This document shows positions 50,912 to 59,071 of a DNA stretch of 61,836 nucleotides, piece after piece (the stretch's first letter is position 1; every line of letters starts with the position of its first letter). The DNA is from Methanothrix sp. (GTDB taxonomy: Archaea; Halobacteriota; Methanosarcinia; Methanotrichales; Methanotrichaceae). A model generated the notes under the pieces. The model searched no databases and was not told the origin of the DNA. It saw only the letters and a program-made list of their open reading frames with translations. Both the position numbers and the translations under genes were made by a program. The DNA is taken from assembly GCA_034679645.1 (NCBI GenBank), contig JAXDAR010000037.1, forward strand, positions 1 to 61,836, written 5' to 3'.

Positions 50912-51430
50912 TCAGCGGTATGTATCCGCCAGGGCCACTCTCTCGATAACCAGATCCTCTATCCTGTCCTCGCCCACGGCCTCAATCTCTGCAGAAGAGA
51001 TATTAAAAGCCTCTTTCACTGCTTCATATCGGCAGGAGCAGCCCAGTCCATCCGGCTCTATGAGCCCGGACAGCTCCCCTTCATCCGGCCAGGAAGGCTC
51101 GCTGCCCCAGTGGGCAAGGATCAGGGCTATGCGCTCAGTCCTATCTGATACGCCCATACCAAAGGCCCTTTCAATCTGCCTCTCACCGGAAGCATATCTC
51201 ATTATCTCCAAACCGGCATCCTTGGCGATGTTCCTCTTCTGAGAGAAGGCGGACATTGCCTTTTTGGTGGCAAAGAGAAGATGCCTGGTGCTCACCACCT
51301 TATCAGCATCCAGGGCCTGAACAATGCAGCCATACTGAAGTTGCAGATCCTTTAAGGCCGAAATGAGCCTTTTTTTATCGGAGATGGCAGGCCTTCCAAA
51401 GAGGAGGCGGATTTCATTCATCTTTTGCAA
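50912..51430 (-). CDS. cgi121: KEOPS complex subunit Cgi121
   Basis: QALDAD...HL, EIMRYASGERQI..A and ERVAL motifs. Confidence 0.9.
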   Translation of the reverse strand: MQKMNEIRLLFGRPAISDKKRLISALKDLQLQYGCIVQALDADKVVSTRHLLFATKKAMSAFSQKRNIAKDAGLEIMRYASGERQIERAFGMGVSDRTERIALILAHWGSEPSWPDEGELSGLIEPDGLGCSCRYEAVKEAFNISSAEIEAVGEDRIEDLVIERVALADTYR

Positions 51431-51525
51431 AATCGGATCAGGTGCTCTAAAAGCTTACGGTCCTGTAAATGCTAAAACTGAGAAGGGCAGTTTTCTCTGC
51501 CCAATTATTTGGAAATTCGAGCCTA

Positions 51526-52386
51526 TCAGACCAGGCCGGCACGCTGCAATCTGAGCAGATCTGCCGTGTTCAGCTTCTCGCCCTGCCGGAAGTGAGTAAG
51601 GATCTCCTCTGCCTCGCGCTTGGCAACCTCTTTGGCGCGATCCTCTTTGATATCCTTATTCTTCTTCTTCAAGCCCATGATGACCTTCTCGAAGTCGCGA
51701 ACCTCTCGCTGGGTGCGGATGAACTCCTTATGCTGCTCGTCTGCAGCCTCCTGGGCCTTTACAAACTCCTTGTGGGCAGCATCCGCTTCCGCACGGGTCT
51801 GGTCGGCATCCTTGAAGGTGGCGATCATCTGATCATGATATTCCTGGGCCAGCTCTGCATATCTTGTGACATCATCGTGGTGCTTTGATGCCTCGTCCCT
51901 CAGAGCCTGAGCCTCATCCAGAAGCTTTCTCAGCTCCTCGTTCTTCTCAAGCTGTTCCTTGCGGCTCCTGAACTCCGCATGCAGGGAGGCGATCTTGTCC
52001 ACCAGTTGCTTTTCTTTGTCCGGGCTCAAGACCTCAGTCTGCTGCCGAAACTCCAGGTGATCTATCTCCCGGCGCAAGTCTCTGATGGATCGATCACCGG
52101 TGAGGTTGTACTTCTTGCGGATATCATCTATCCTGGCATAGAGCTGATTGGTCTTCTCGTTGAACTCGTCCCTCAGCTTTTTGGACTCAGCCACATTCTT
52201 ATTGTTCTCATCCCGCAGCTTCTTGAGCTCCTGGGCCTTATCGATCAACTCTTTGGTGGCCTTGTTTAGCTCATTTCTCTTGGCGGCCCACTTGCTCGCC
52301 TCAGCGTTCAGTTGACTGCGTCTGTCCTTAAAGGCAAGGGACTCCTGCCTGAGTTTGCCTCTTTTATCTTCTAGTTCTGCCAGCAT
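51526..52386 (-). CDS. Conserved archaeal coiled-coil protein
   Basis: Coiled coil with LEFRQQT.VLS..KE and GEKL...DL..LQR segments. Confidence 0.85.
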   Translation of the reverse strand: MLAELEDKRGKLRQESLAFKDRRSQLNAEASKWAAKRNELNKATKELIDKAQELKKLRDENNKNVAESKKLRDEFNEKTNQLYARIDDIRKKYNLTGDRSIRDLRREIDHLEFRQQTEVLSPDKEKQLVDKIASLHAEFRSRKEQLEKNEELRKLLDEAQALRDEASKHHDDVTRYAELAQEYHDQMIATFKDADQTRAEADAAHKEFVKAQEAADEQHKEFIRTQREVRDFEKVIMGLKKKNKDIKEDRAKEVAKREAEEILTHFRQGEKLNTADLLRLQRAGLV

Positions 52387-52990
52387 CCCCCGTTTGTCCT
52401 CCTGTTCCAGCCCTCGGCTGGGGTTTGGCCCCGCTCCGGAGCCAAAAAACCCGAAAATCCTTCGCCTGGGTGGCGAAGCGCTTCTCTATGGCGCGATACA
52501 TATGGGTTTTTTATATGCTCATATCATTGATCCAGGTGGATTGCCAAGGTTTGGCTGCGCAGGCCTCATTCGAGCTGCATTACACCGCCTAATTGTCTAA
52601 TACAAGCGGTACGATCAAAAAATGGCCTATCCATAAGATCAATAGGAGCGAGCATACTGTTACCTATCGAGCAACCCTTTACGTATTAATCTTTTGGTAA
52701 GCCAGGGGGATCAGAACGATCCCATAGAGATTGAATTGAAAAGGGCTTAACGGCAAAAAAATTATGCGGATAAAATGTTTTGTCAAACGGTTATTTGCAC
52801 AGCCGTTGGAGAAGGCAGACGAAAATTTTATAAAAATTAATAGAAGATATTGATAATATGCTTGCCGCAAGGGAAAATCCAAACCATATTTATAAAAGGC
52901 GATCAACAGATTAAAATAGGTGAGTTGACTTAAAGAAAAGAAGGATCACTTAACGAAAATGGCGATATTCGCTTAGATGGAGGGATTGAT

Positions 52991-53941
52991 CTGAAGAAGG
53001 CTATATTAGCACTACTGGCAGCAATGGTTTTGATTGCTTTTACAGGGATTTCGCTATCGGCAGAGATTGTCGAACCAGCGACACTTAAATACCCCAATGC
53101 GTACGTGGAGAAGAATACCACGTTCAACTTCGAGCAGAGTGTACAGGGTAATGGCTATTTCATGACCTATATCTATGCCCGGGCAGGAAATTCCGCAGTC
53201 AAAAACTATGCTCACGGCAGTGGTTCATTGAACAGCGAGGCACTCTTGACCTTGCAGGACCTGGATAAGAAGACCCATAATACCTATTCGGACTACAATG
53301 ACTATACCCTGAACTGCATCGAGTTCAAAGAAGATGTCTCCATGGTATATGCACCCATGAGGATCGCGGTTGGAACCGGGTATTACGCAGCAAATCCACT
53401 GGACTACAGCTCCCTGCTCAAGGAGAAGACCTGGATAAAGAACCACCTCTCAGGCACCAGCATGCACCATGAGGTCGAGTATGCCCATGCCCTGGACAAG
53501 GAGTTGAATGTCGTCGCCAAGGACGTATACAACTATACCTATGATCCAGAGACCACAGGCACTGCCTATACCCAGATGACCATAAATGAGGATGTGACCG
53601 ACGGCAAGGCTCATATTGGAGTGCTGCAAGCCGCAGATAACTACGTCAGCGACGATTATGTGGATGTGACTTTCGGTGTTTCCAATAAGAAGTCTGCCTG
53701 GAGGAACCCTGCCATAGAGATAGATGAGGACTACTGGGGAACCTACCACATTGAGAAGAACATGACCCTTGAGGTGCCCTACCACCTGGTTCAGAAGTCT
53801 GAAGACTGGCTGCCATGCTGCTTCGGCGGCTTTGACTCCATGAATGCCATGGACAAGAAGGCGTTCAAGTCTGCTACCGGTGTCTTCGATTGCACCTGCT
53901 TCAAGGCCCCAACCCAGGCCCAGTTCCCAAGAGTCTACTAA
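52991..53941 (+). CDS. Secreted hypothetical protein with C-terminal Cys motif (probable CTG start)
   Basis: GGAGGG followed by CTG gives the signal peptide MKKAILALLAAMVLIAF. C-terminal WLPCC...FDCTC. Confidence 0.8.
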   Translation: MKKAILALLAAMVLIAFTGISLSAEIVEPATLKYPNAYVEKNTTFNFEQSVQGNGYFMTYIYARAGNSAVKNYAHGSGSLNSEALLTLQDLDKKTHNTYSDYNDYTLNCIEFKEDVSMVYAPMRIAVGTGYYAANPLDYSSLLKEKTWIKNHLSGTSMHHEVEYAHALDKELNVVAKDVYNYTYDPETTGTAYTQMTINEDVTDGKAHIGVLQAADNYVSDDYVDVTFGVSNKKSAWRNPAIEIDEDYWGTYHIEKNMTLEVPYHLVQKSEDWLPCCFGGFDSMNAMDKKAFKSATGVFDCTCFKAPTQAQFPRVY

Positions 53942-53943
53942 AT

Positions 53944-53978
53944 AAGGGAGGAAAACTCCCTTTTATTTTTTATTTTTT
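53944..53978 (+). terminator. Hairpin plus T-tract terminator
   Basis: aagggag-gaaaa-ctccctt followed by T runs. Confidence 0.6.
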
Positions 53979-54045
53979 AAATCTCCATTCAGTTCTCAGC
54001 AGTTTAAGGGAAGGCATTATAATCCGGCCCTGATTAGATCCCTCC

Positions 54046-54687
54046 ATGCAGTTCGCGAAGTGGGAGCTGATCTATCAAGAGATACTGAATGACTTCGGCT
54101 TCTCCACCACCAGAGACGAAGAGGGGGCTTTTCTTCTGGCAAGACTCCTGCAGGGCCGGGACAATTGCCTCCCTATCGCAGAGCAACGAGTGCGAGGAAG
54201 AGATGCAGTGATCTACGGCAATGCGCCCTCCCTTGACTATGAATTGGATGCACTGCCCGGGATGGATGCCGTCCACATCGCTGCCGATGGTGCGGCAGAG
54301 GTTCTATTGAGAAGAGGGATGGTCCCCGATATTCTGGTCTCAGATCTGGACGGCCCCTTTCCGGCAATTCTCCAGGCTTCTTGTGAGGGCGCGATCATCG
54401 TGGTTCATGCTCACGGAGACAATCTTGATGCCCTGTCTGAATATGTCCCCCAGTTGGAGAATATCGTCGGCACCTGCCAGTGCCGACCCCCAGAAGGGCT
54501 GTACAACTTCGGAGGATTCACAGATGGTGATAGATGCGTATTCCTGGCCAGGGAGCTGGGGGCGTCCTCTATCAGGCTGGTGGGTTTTGACTTTGAGGAC
54601 CAGAGCGTGACCCCCCGCAAAAGAAAGAAGCTGGCCTGGGCGAAGAGGCTGATCGAGATCGCCCTGTCAGATATACAGCCCAGGTAA
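54046..54687 (+). CDS. mptE: 6-hydroxymethyl-7,8-dihydropterin pyrophosphokinase
   Basis: AADGA, SDLDG, HAHGDN and NFGGFTDGDR motifs. Confidence 0.9.
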   Translation: MQFAKWELIYQEILNDFGFSTTRDEEGAFLLARLLQGRDNCLPIAEQRVRGRDAVIYGNAPSLDYELDALPGMDAVHIAADGAAEVLLRRGMVPDILVSDLDGPFPAILQASCEGAIIVVHAHGDNLDALSEYVPQLENIVGTCQCRPPEGLYNFGGFTDGDRCVFLARELGASSIRLVGFDFEDQSVTPRKRKKLAWAKRLIEIALSDIQPR

Positions 54688-54739
54688 GATTTTGGTTGCT
54701 ATTTTTTAACCTGTCTGGTGCATCTTTTGAAAAAGAGGA

Positions 54740-55393
54740 TCAGGACAGTATATCCATTATGGATGACAGGGCTCTTTCTGCCACTGCACCCTCCCCAAGA
54801 CTGGCATCTATGGTCGCAAAACGCTCCGGCTCCAGTGCGGCCAGGCGGCGAAAGTTCTCATCCACCTGGCGCAGAAACTCCAGCCGCTCGAACTTCTCTC
54901 TCCCTGATCGAGAGCTGATTCTCTGCACCGATATTTGGGGATCCAAGAGGAGAAGAAGGGTACGGTCCGGAGAGAGGTTCCAGGGTCGGTAAATCTCTCT
55001 GATCCAGGCCACAGGATCGGGAACAATTCCCTTCAGAGTCACTCCCTGATAGGCAGCAGTGGAGTCGGCATACCGGTCGCATAAGACTATAGCCCCCTCC
55101 TCCAGAGATGGGATTATGGTATCGGCCAGATGGCGGGCATGATCTGCCATGAATAAAAATAACTCCTCCATATGATGAGCGGAAGAGAGCTTCTCGGTCG
55201 TTGCCCTCAATATCTCTCTGCGCAGTATACTCCCGGCAGCGCTATCTGAGGGCTCAGCGGTGAGGAGGAGCGATTTGTCGGGCATTAGCTCGTTTAGCCC
55301 GGTCGCAATATTGCGGATCGCTGTGCTCTTTCCCGAGCCATCGATCCCCTCCAGAGTGATAAGTCGGCCATTCACAATTTTTGTGAAGATCAT
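54740..55393 (-). CDS. tmk: Thymidylate kinase
   Basis: EGIDGSGKST, DRYADSTAAYQG and KFE motifs. Confidence 0.95.
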   Translation of the reverse strand: MIFTKIVNGRLITLEGIDGSGKSTAIRNIATGLNELMPDKSLLLTAEPSDSAAGSILRREILRATTEKLSSAHHMEELFLFMADHARHLADTIIPSLEEGAIVLCDRYADSTAAYQGVTLKGIVPDPVAWIREIYRPWNLSPDRTLLLLLDPQISVQRISSRSGREKFERLEFLRQVDENFRRLAALEPERFATIDASLGEGAVAERALSSIMDILS

Positions 55394-55790
55394 AATGATG
55401 ATTAAATTGTCGCCCGATACTAACTCTGGCACCTCATCCGCTGGGTATCCGCAGTCAGGCCAGCAACCCTCGCAACGGGCGTCTGTACCGCATTTGGGTT
55501 GTCTCATGGTCATCGGTAGACAGTAGTCAATATCCTACCATAAGGACCTATCAACGCGGCCTGTAGTCCCCATCATGCACCGCCATTCACAGCAGAACAA
55601 TATTCTCAGCTCGTGTCAGCCCTCGAAAGGGACATGCAAGGAATGCATTCCGCATTAATAAAGTTATCTATATACGATATATTAATCATAATGATATCTA
55701 TATACCATATGTTAAACAACGGATAGAGTGGTTCTGCTGCCAGTAAGCTTTAAGTTGATGTTATACATTAACAATGCTGAGGTGCTTTGT

Positions 55791-56726
55791 TTGACCGACA
55801 AGATCTATGTGATCGGGCACAAGAGTCCCGATACCGATTCTGTGACATCTGCAATAACCTATGCCAACCTGAAAAACGCCCTGGGGATGAAGGAAGCCGT
55901 ACCTGCCGCCGCAGGAGACATAAATGCAGAGACCAAGTTCCTGCTGGACTACTTCAAAGTACCCTACCCGGAGAAGCTCACCGACGCCACCGGCAAGTCC
56001 GTGATCCTGGTAGACCACAATGAGATGGGCCAGGCGGTGGACAATCTCAATCCAGAGAACATCGTGGAGATCGTGGACCACCATAAAATCGGCGGCATTG
56101 CCACCGGAAAGCCCATATTCTTCCTCAATGAGCCGGTGGGCGCGACTGGCGGCATCATCGCGAACCTCTATGAGAACAACAATGTGCCGATCAGCAAGGA
56201 GATGGCTGCCCTGATGATGTCCGCCATCCTCTCCGACACCGTCCTCTTCAAGTCGCCCACCTGCACCCCTCGCGACAAGGCCGCGGTGGAGAAGCTGGCG
56301 AAAATTGCCGGAGTCGATCCCATGAATTTCGGCATGGAGCTTCTGAAGGCCAAGAGCGATGTCTCCTCCAAATCGGCCAAGGATATTCTCCTGGGCGACT
56401 TCAAGAAGTTCGACTTCTCAGGCACAAAGTCCGGCGTGGGCCAGATCGAGGTCATGGATCTGAAAGACCTGGAGCCAAAGAGGGCGGCAATACTGGATGA
56501 GATGAACAAGATGAAGGATGCTGAGAAGCTGGACATGATCGTCCTGATGCTCACCGATGTCATGAAAGAAGCCAGCGACATTCTCTTCGTGGGAAATGCC
56601 CAGGCGGCAGCAGGCTTTGAGAAGGCATTCGGCGGCAAGATCCAGAACAACTCCATCTACAAGGAAAAGGTCCTCTCCAGGAAAAAGCAGGTCATTCCAC
56701 CCCTGGAAGGCGCCTTCAAGAAATAG
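55791..56726 (+). CDS. ppaC: Mn-dependent (family II) inorganic pyrophosphatase
   Basis: GHKSPDTDS, LVDHN, VDHH, SDT and SRKKQ motifs. Confidence 0.96.
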   Translation: MTDKIYVIGHKSPDTDSVTSAITYANLKNALGMKEAVPAAAGDINAETKFLLDYFKVPYPEKLTDATGKSVILVDHNEMGQAVDNLNPENIVEIVDHHKIGGIATGKPIFFLNEPVGATGGIIANLYENNNVPISKEMAALMMSAILSDTVLFKSPTCTPRDKAAVEKLAKIAGVDPMNFGMELLKAKSDVSSKSAKDILLGDFKKFDFSGTKSGVGQIEVMDLKDLEPKRAAILDEMNKMKDAEKLDMIVLMLTDVMKEASDILFVGNAQAAAGFEKAFGGKIQNNSIYKEKVLSRKKQVIPPLEGAFKK

Positions 56727-56804
56727 AACGTATGTCTTTGGTGGCCACCGGGCCACCTCCTGTTTACTCTTTTTCCTATCCAGCCAATTCCCTTCGCCAG
56801 GTTA

Positions 56805-58076
56805 TTATCGGCTGGGGTGAACGCTTACCTCCTTCTGCTTCAAGCGCACCAAAGGCAGGGATAGATGGCGGCGAGCGCAGGGGGGCACCTCATAGAAGCC
56901 CGTCTCCAGATCACGGGGCCGAGCATCAATCTCGGGTGATGGTGAACGGGTCTTGCAGCGGCGACAGCGGTAGCCCTGGCCCCTGCCCGCGGACTCCATC
57001 CTTCTATGGCATTGCGGGCACGATGGTGCTGTCTGCACCTGATCAGGGACGAGATGGAGGATGTTGACCTTCTCCAGGTTAAGGGTCTCATCCCGCACTG
57101 AACCGTAGACCTCCAGCTCATCTCCCTCCCGGAGCTTTTTTATGATGTCGCGGAAGTTCTTGGTGGGCTCGAAGGCGGCGCACACCATCCTGCACTTGCC
57201 GTTCCGCCCTGCCCTCTCGCTCTGCAGGGTGAGAAACAGGTGTCCCCCAGCGATCGCTCTGGCCGGCCCGGAGACAAAGCCATGCAGCCGGTAGCTCTGG
57301 CTGTCAGAAACCCTGCCGATCTCTCCGGGAAGGATGTGGGCATCTGTTCCCTGATTGGTCTGGTAGAGCACATACCTTTCCACCGGCTCAGATCTTATGG
57401 CCGCGAATGCCCTCTTGATGGCCGCGGGATCTGAGCCCCTTATGCCGAAGAGGACCGGGTCGGCGGAATGGGGAGCGAAGACCACCCTTTTGTTATGATG
57501 GTCCACTGTATCCCAGGTCTGGGGATAGGTGAGCCTGTCCGCCTCCCATACGGTAGAGGGATCTATGAACCGGGGCGTCCCCCAGCGGCTGGGCTGGCGG
57601 TAAGCGATCAGCTCATAGGTCCAGTCCGTCTGGTCCGCTCCCACGGCAGCCAGAGCGCCGATCAGGCCCCTCCCTTTCTTGAAGCCCCGGTACCAGATCC
57701 CCTCTTCATCCAGAAGGGTGCGGGCGGAATCTATGGTGAGGATCTCCGTGACCGCAGAGCGGTAGAAGGCCCTCATCCTTTCCGTCACCTCCTCTGCGAT
57801 CACCAGCCCGGGATTGGTGTTGGCCCCGGAGAAGTCGGAAAGCTCCAGCAGCGTCTGAAGGGCGATCTTTTTCACCGTCTCCGGCTGGCTGCTCTTGAAG
57901 CAGAAGGCGAGGGCGGCATTGCCCCGAGTCTTGTAGCGGGCGCAGGGGTTGAGGCGGATGAGCCTGGGCAGGCCATAGATCTCTCCCCAGGGAAGGAGCC
58001 TCTCCATGAGCACTCCGGCCAGATAGGTGGTGCACAGGCCCTTCTCAGAATCGGTATCATCTATTCCAATGAACAT
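56805..58076 (-). CDS. tiaS: tRNA(Ile2) agmatinylcytidine synthase
   Basis: IGIDDTDS..G.CTT, RLNP..YKTRGN, TNQGTD, Zn ribbon and RRHL motifs. Confidence 0.95.
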   Translation of the reverse strand: MFIGIDDTDSEKGLCTTYLAGVLMERLLPWGEIYGLPRLIRLNPCARYKTRGNAALAFCFKSSQPETVKKIALQTLLELSDFSGANTNPGLVIAEEVTERMRAFYRSAVTEILTIDSARTLLDEEGIWYRGFKKGRGLIGALAAVGADQTDWTYELIAYRQPSRWGTPRFIDPSTVWEADRLTYPQTWDTVDHHNKRVVFAPHSADPVLFGIRGSDPAAIKRAFAAIRSEPVERYVLYQTNQGTDAHILPGEIGRVSDSQSYRLHGFVSGPARAIAGGHLFLTLQSERAGRNGKCRMVCAAFEPTKNFRDIIKKLREGDELEVYGSVRDETLNLEKVNILHLVPDQVQTAPSCPQCHRRMESAGRGQGYRCRRCKTRSPSPEIDARPRDLETGFYEVPPCARRHLSLPLVRLKQKEVSVHPSR

Positions 58077-58112
58077 GGTCAAGCTTAAATAGCGGTCAAA
58101 CGGACATATATA

Positions 58113-59054
58113 ATGATGGATAAGGAGCTTCTCGCAGCACATGTGGAGGAGGTTTTAAGGGAGGCAGGATTCTGTACCTCTGAACGCTGTTATCTCCGTC
58201 CCAGGAGCTTCGACCTGGCAGCCAGAAGAGGGGATCAGTTCCTGTTCCTGAAGATCCTCTCCAATATCGACGGCCTCAATGAGCGTACTGCGGTGGAGAT
58301 CAGACGTCTGGCCAACCACCTCTTTGCCAGCCCCATACTGGTGGGGGAAAAGACCCGCGACCAGTACCTGGAGAGAGGGGCGGTCTACTTCCGCTACGGC
58401 ATTCCCACCCTGAGCCTCTTTACTCTGGCAGATTGTCTACTGGAAGGGGCATTGCCTCTGGTCTATGCGGCGCACGGCGGCCTTTATGTGCGCATCGACG
58501 GGGACCGGATGAGGCAGGTCCGTCTGGCGCGGGGAATATCTTTAGGGGCCCTGGCCACGGAGCTTGGCGTCTCCCGCCGGACGATCAGCAAGTACGAGGC
58601 AGAGGATATGGACACCTCGGTGGATGTGGCCCTGAGGCTGGAGGAGATATTCAATGAGGAGCTGATCGAGCCGGTGGACCCCTTCCAGAGCGAGACGGTG
58701 GCAGAGGAGAAAGCAGAGGTGAAGGGGCCGGTGACGGACAACATCCTCCGCCTGCTCTTGGAGATCGGCTTTGAGGTGGTCCCCACCGCCCAGGCCCCCT
58801 TCAATGCCATAAGCAGGGAGGGGAACCTGGTGGTCCTCACTGGCGTGGGCAAGTTCTCCCAGAGCATAGTCAAGAAGGCCCGGCTGATGAGCAGCCTCTC
58901 CTCCGTCGCCCGCACCAAGTCGGTGGTGATAGTGGACGGGGAGACGAAGCTGGAGTGCATCGAGGAGACTGCGCTGATCGAGAAGAGAGAGCTGGAGGAC
59001 ATCGACGAGACCCGGGATTTTGAGGACCTGGTGGCGGAAAAGCAGAGCAAGTGA
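58113..59054 (+). CDS. Archaeal HTH transcriptional regulator (COG1395 type)
   Basis: SFDLAARR, LKILSNID, GGLYV and Cro-type HTH SLGALATELGVSRRTISKYE. Confidence 0.9.
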   Translation: MMDKELLAAHVEEVLREAGFCTSERCYLRPRSFDLAARRGDQFLFLKILSNIDGLNERTAVEIRRLANHLFASPILVGEKTRDQYLERGAVYFRYGIPTLSLFTLADCLLEGALPLVYAAHGGLYVRIDGDRMRQVRLARGISLGALATELGVSRRTISKYEAEDMDTSVDVALRLEEIFNEELIEPVDPFQSETVAEEKAEVKGPVTDNILRLLLEIGFEVVPTAQAPFNAISREGNLVVLTGVGKFSQSIVKKARLMSSLSSVARTKSVVIVDGETKLECIEETALIEKRELEDIDETRDFEDLVAEKQSK

Positions 59055-59071
59055 TTGAAGAGGTGTTTTTG

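Noticed and set aside
55394-55640. Cys-containing N-terminal extension of Tmk, or a C/D-box sRNA
   Set aside because: Tmk homology starts near RLITLEG, and the box C/D motifs are not convincing.
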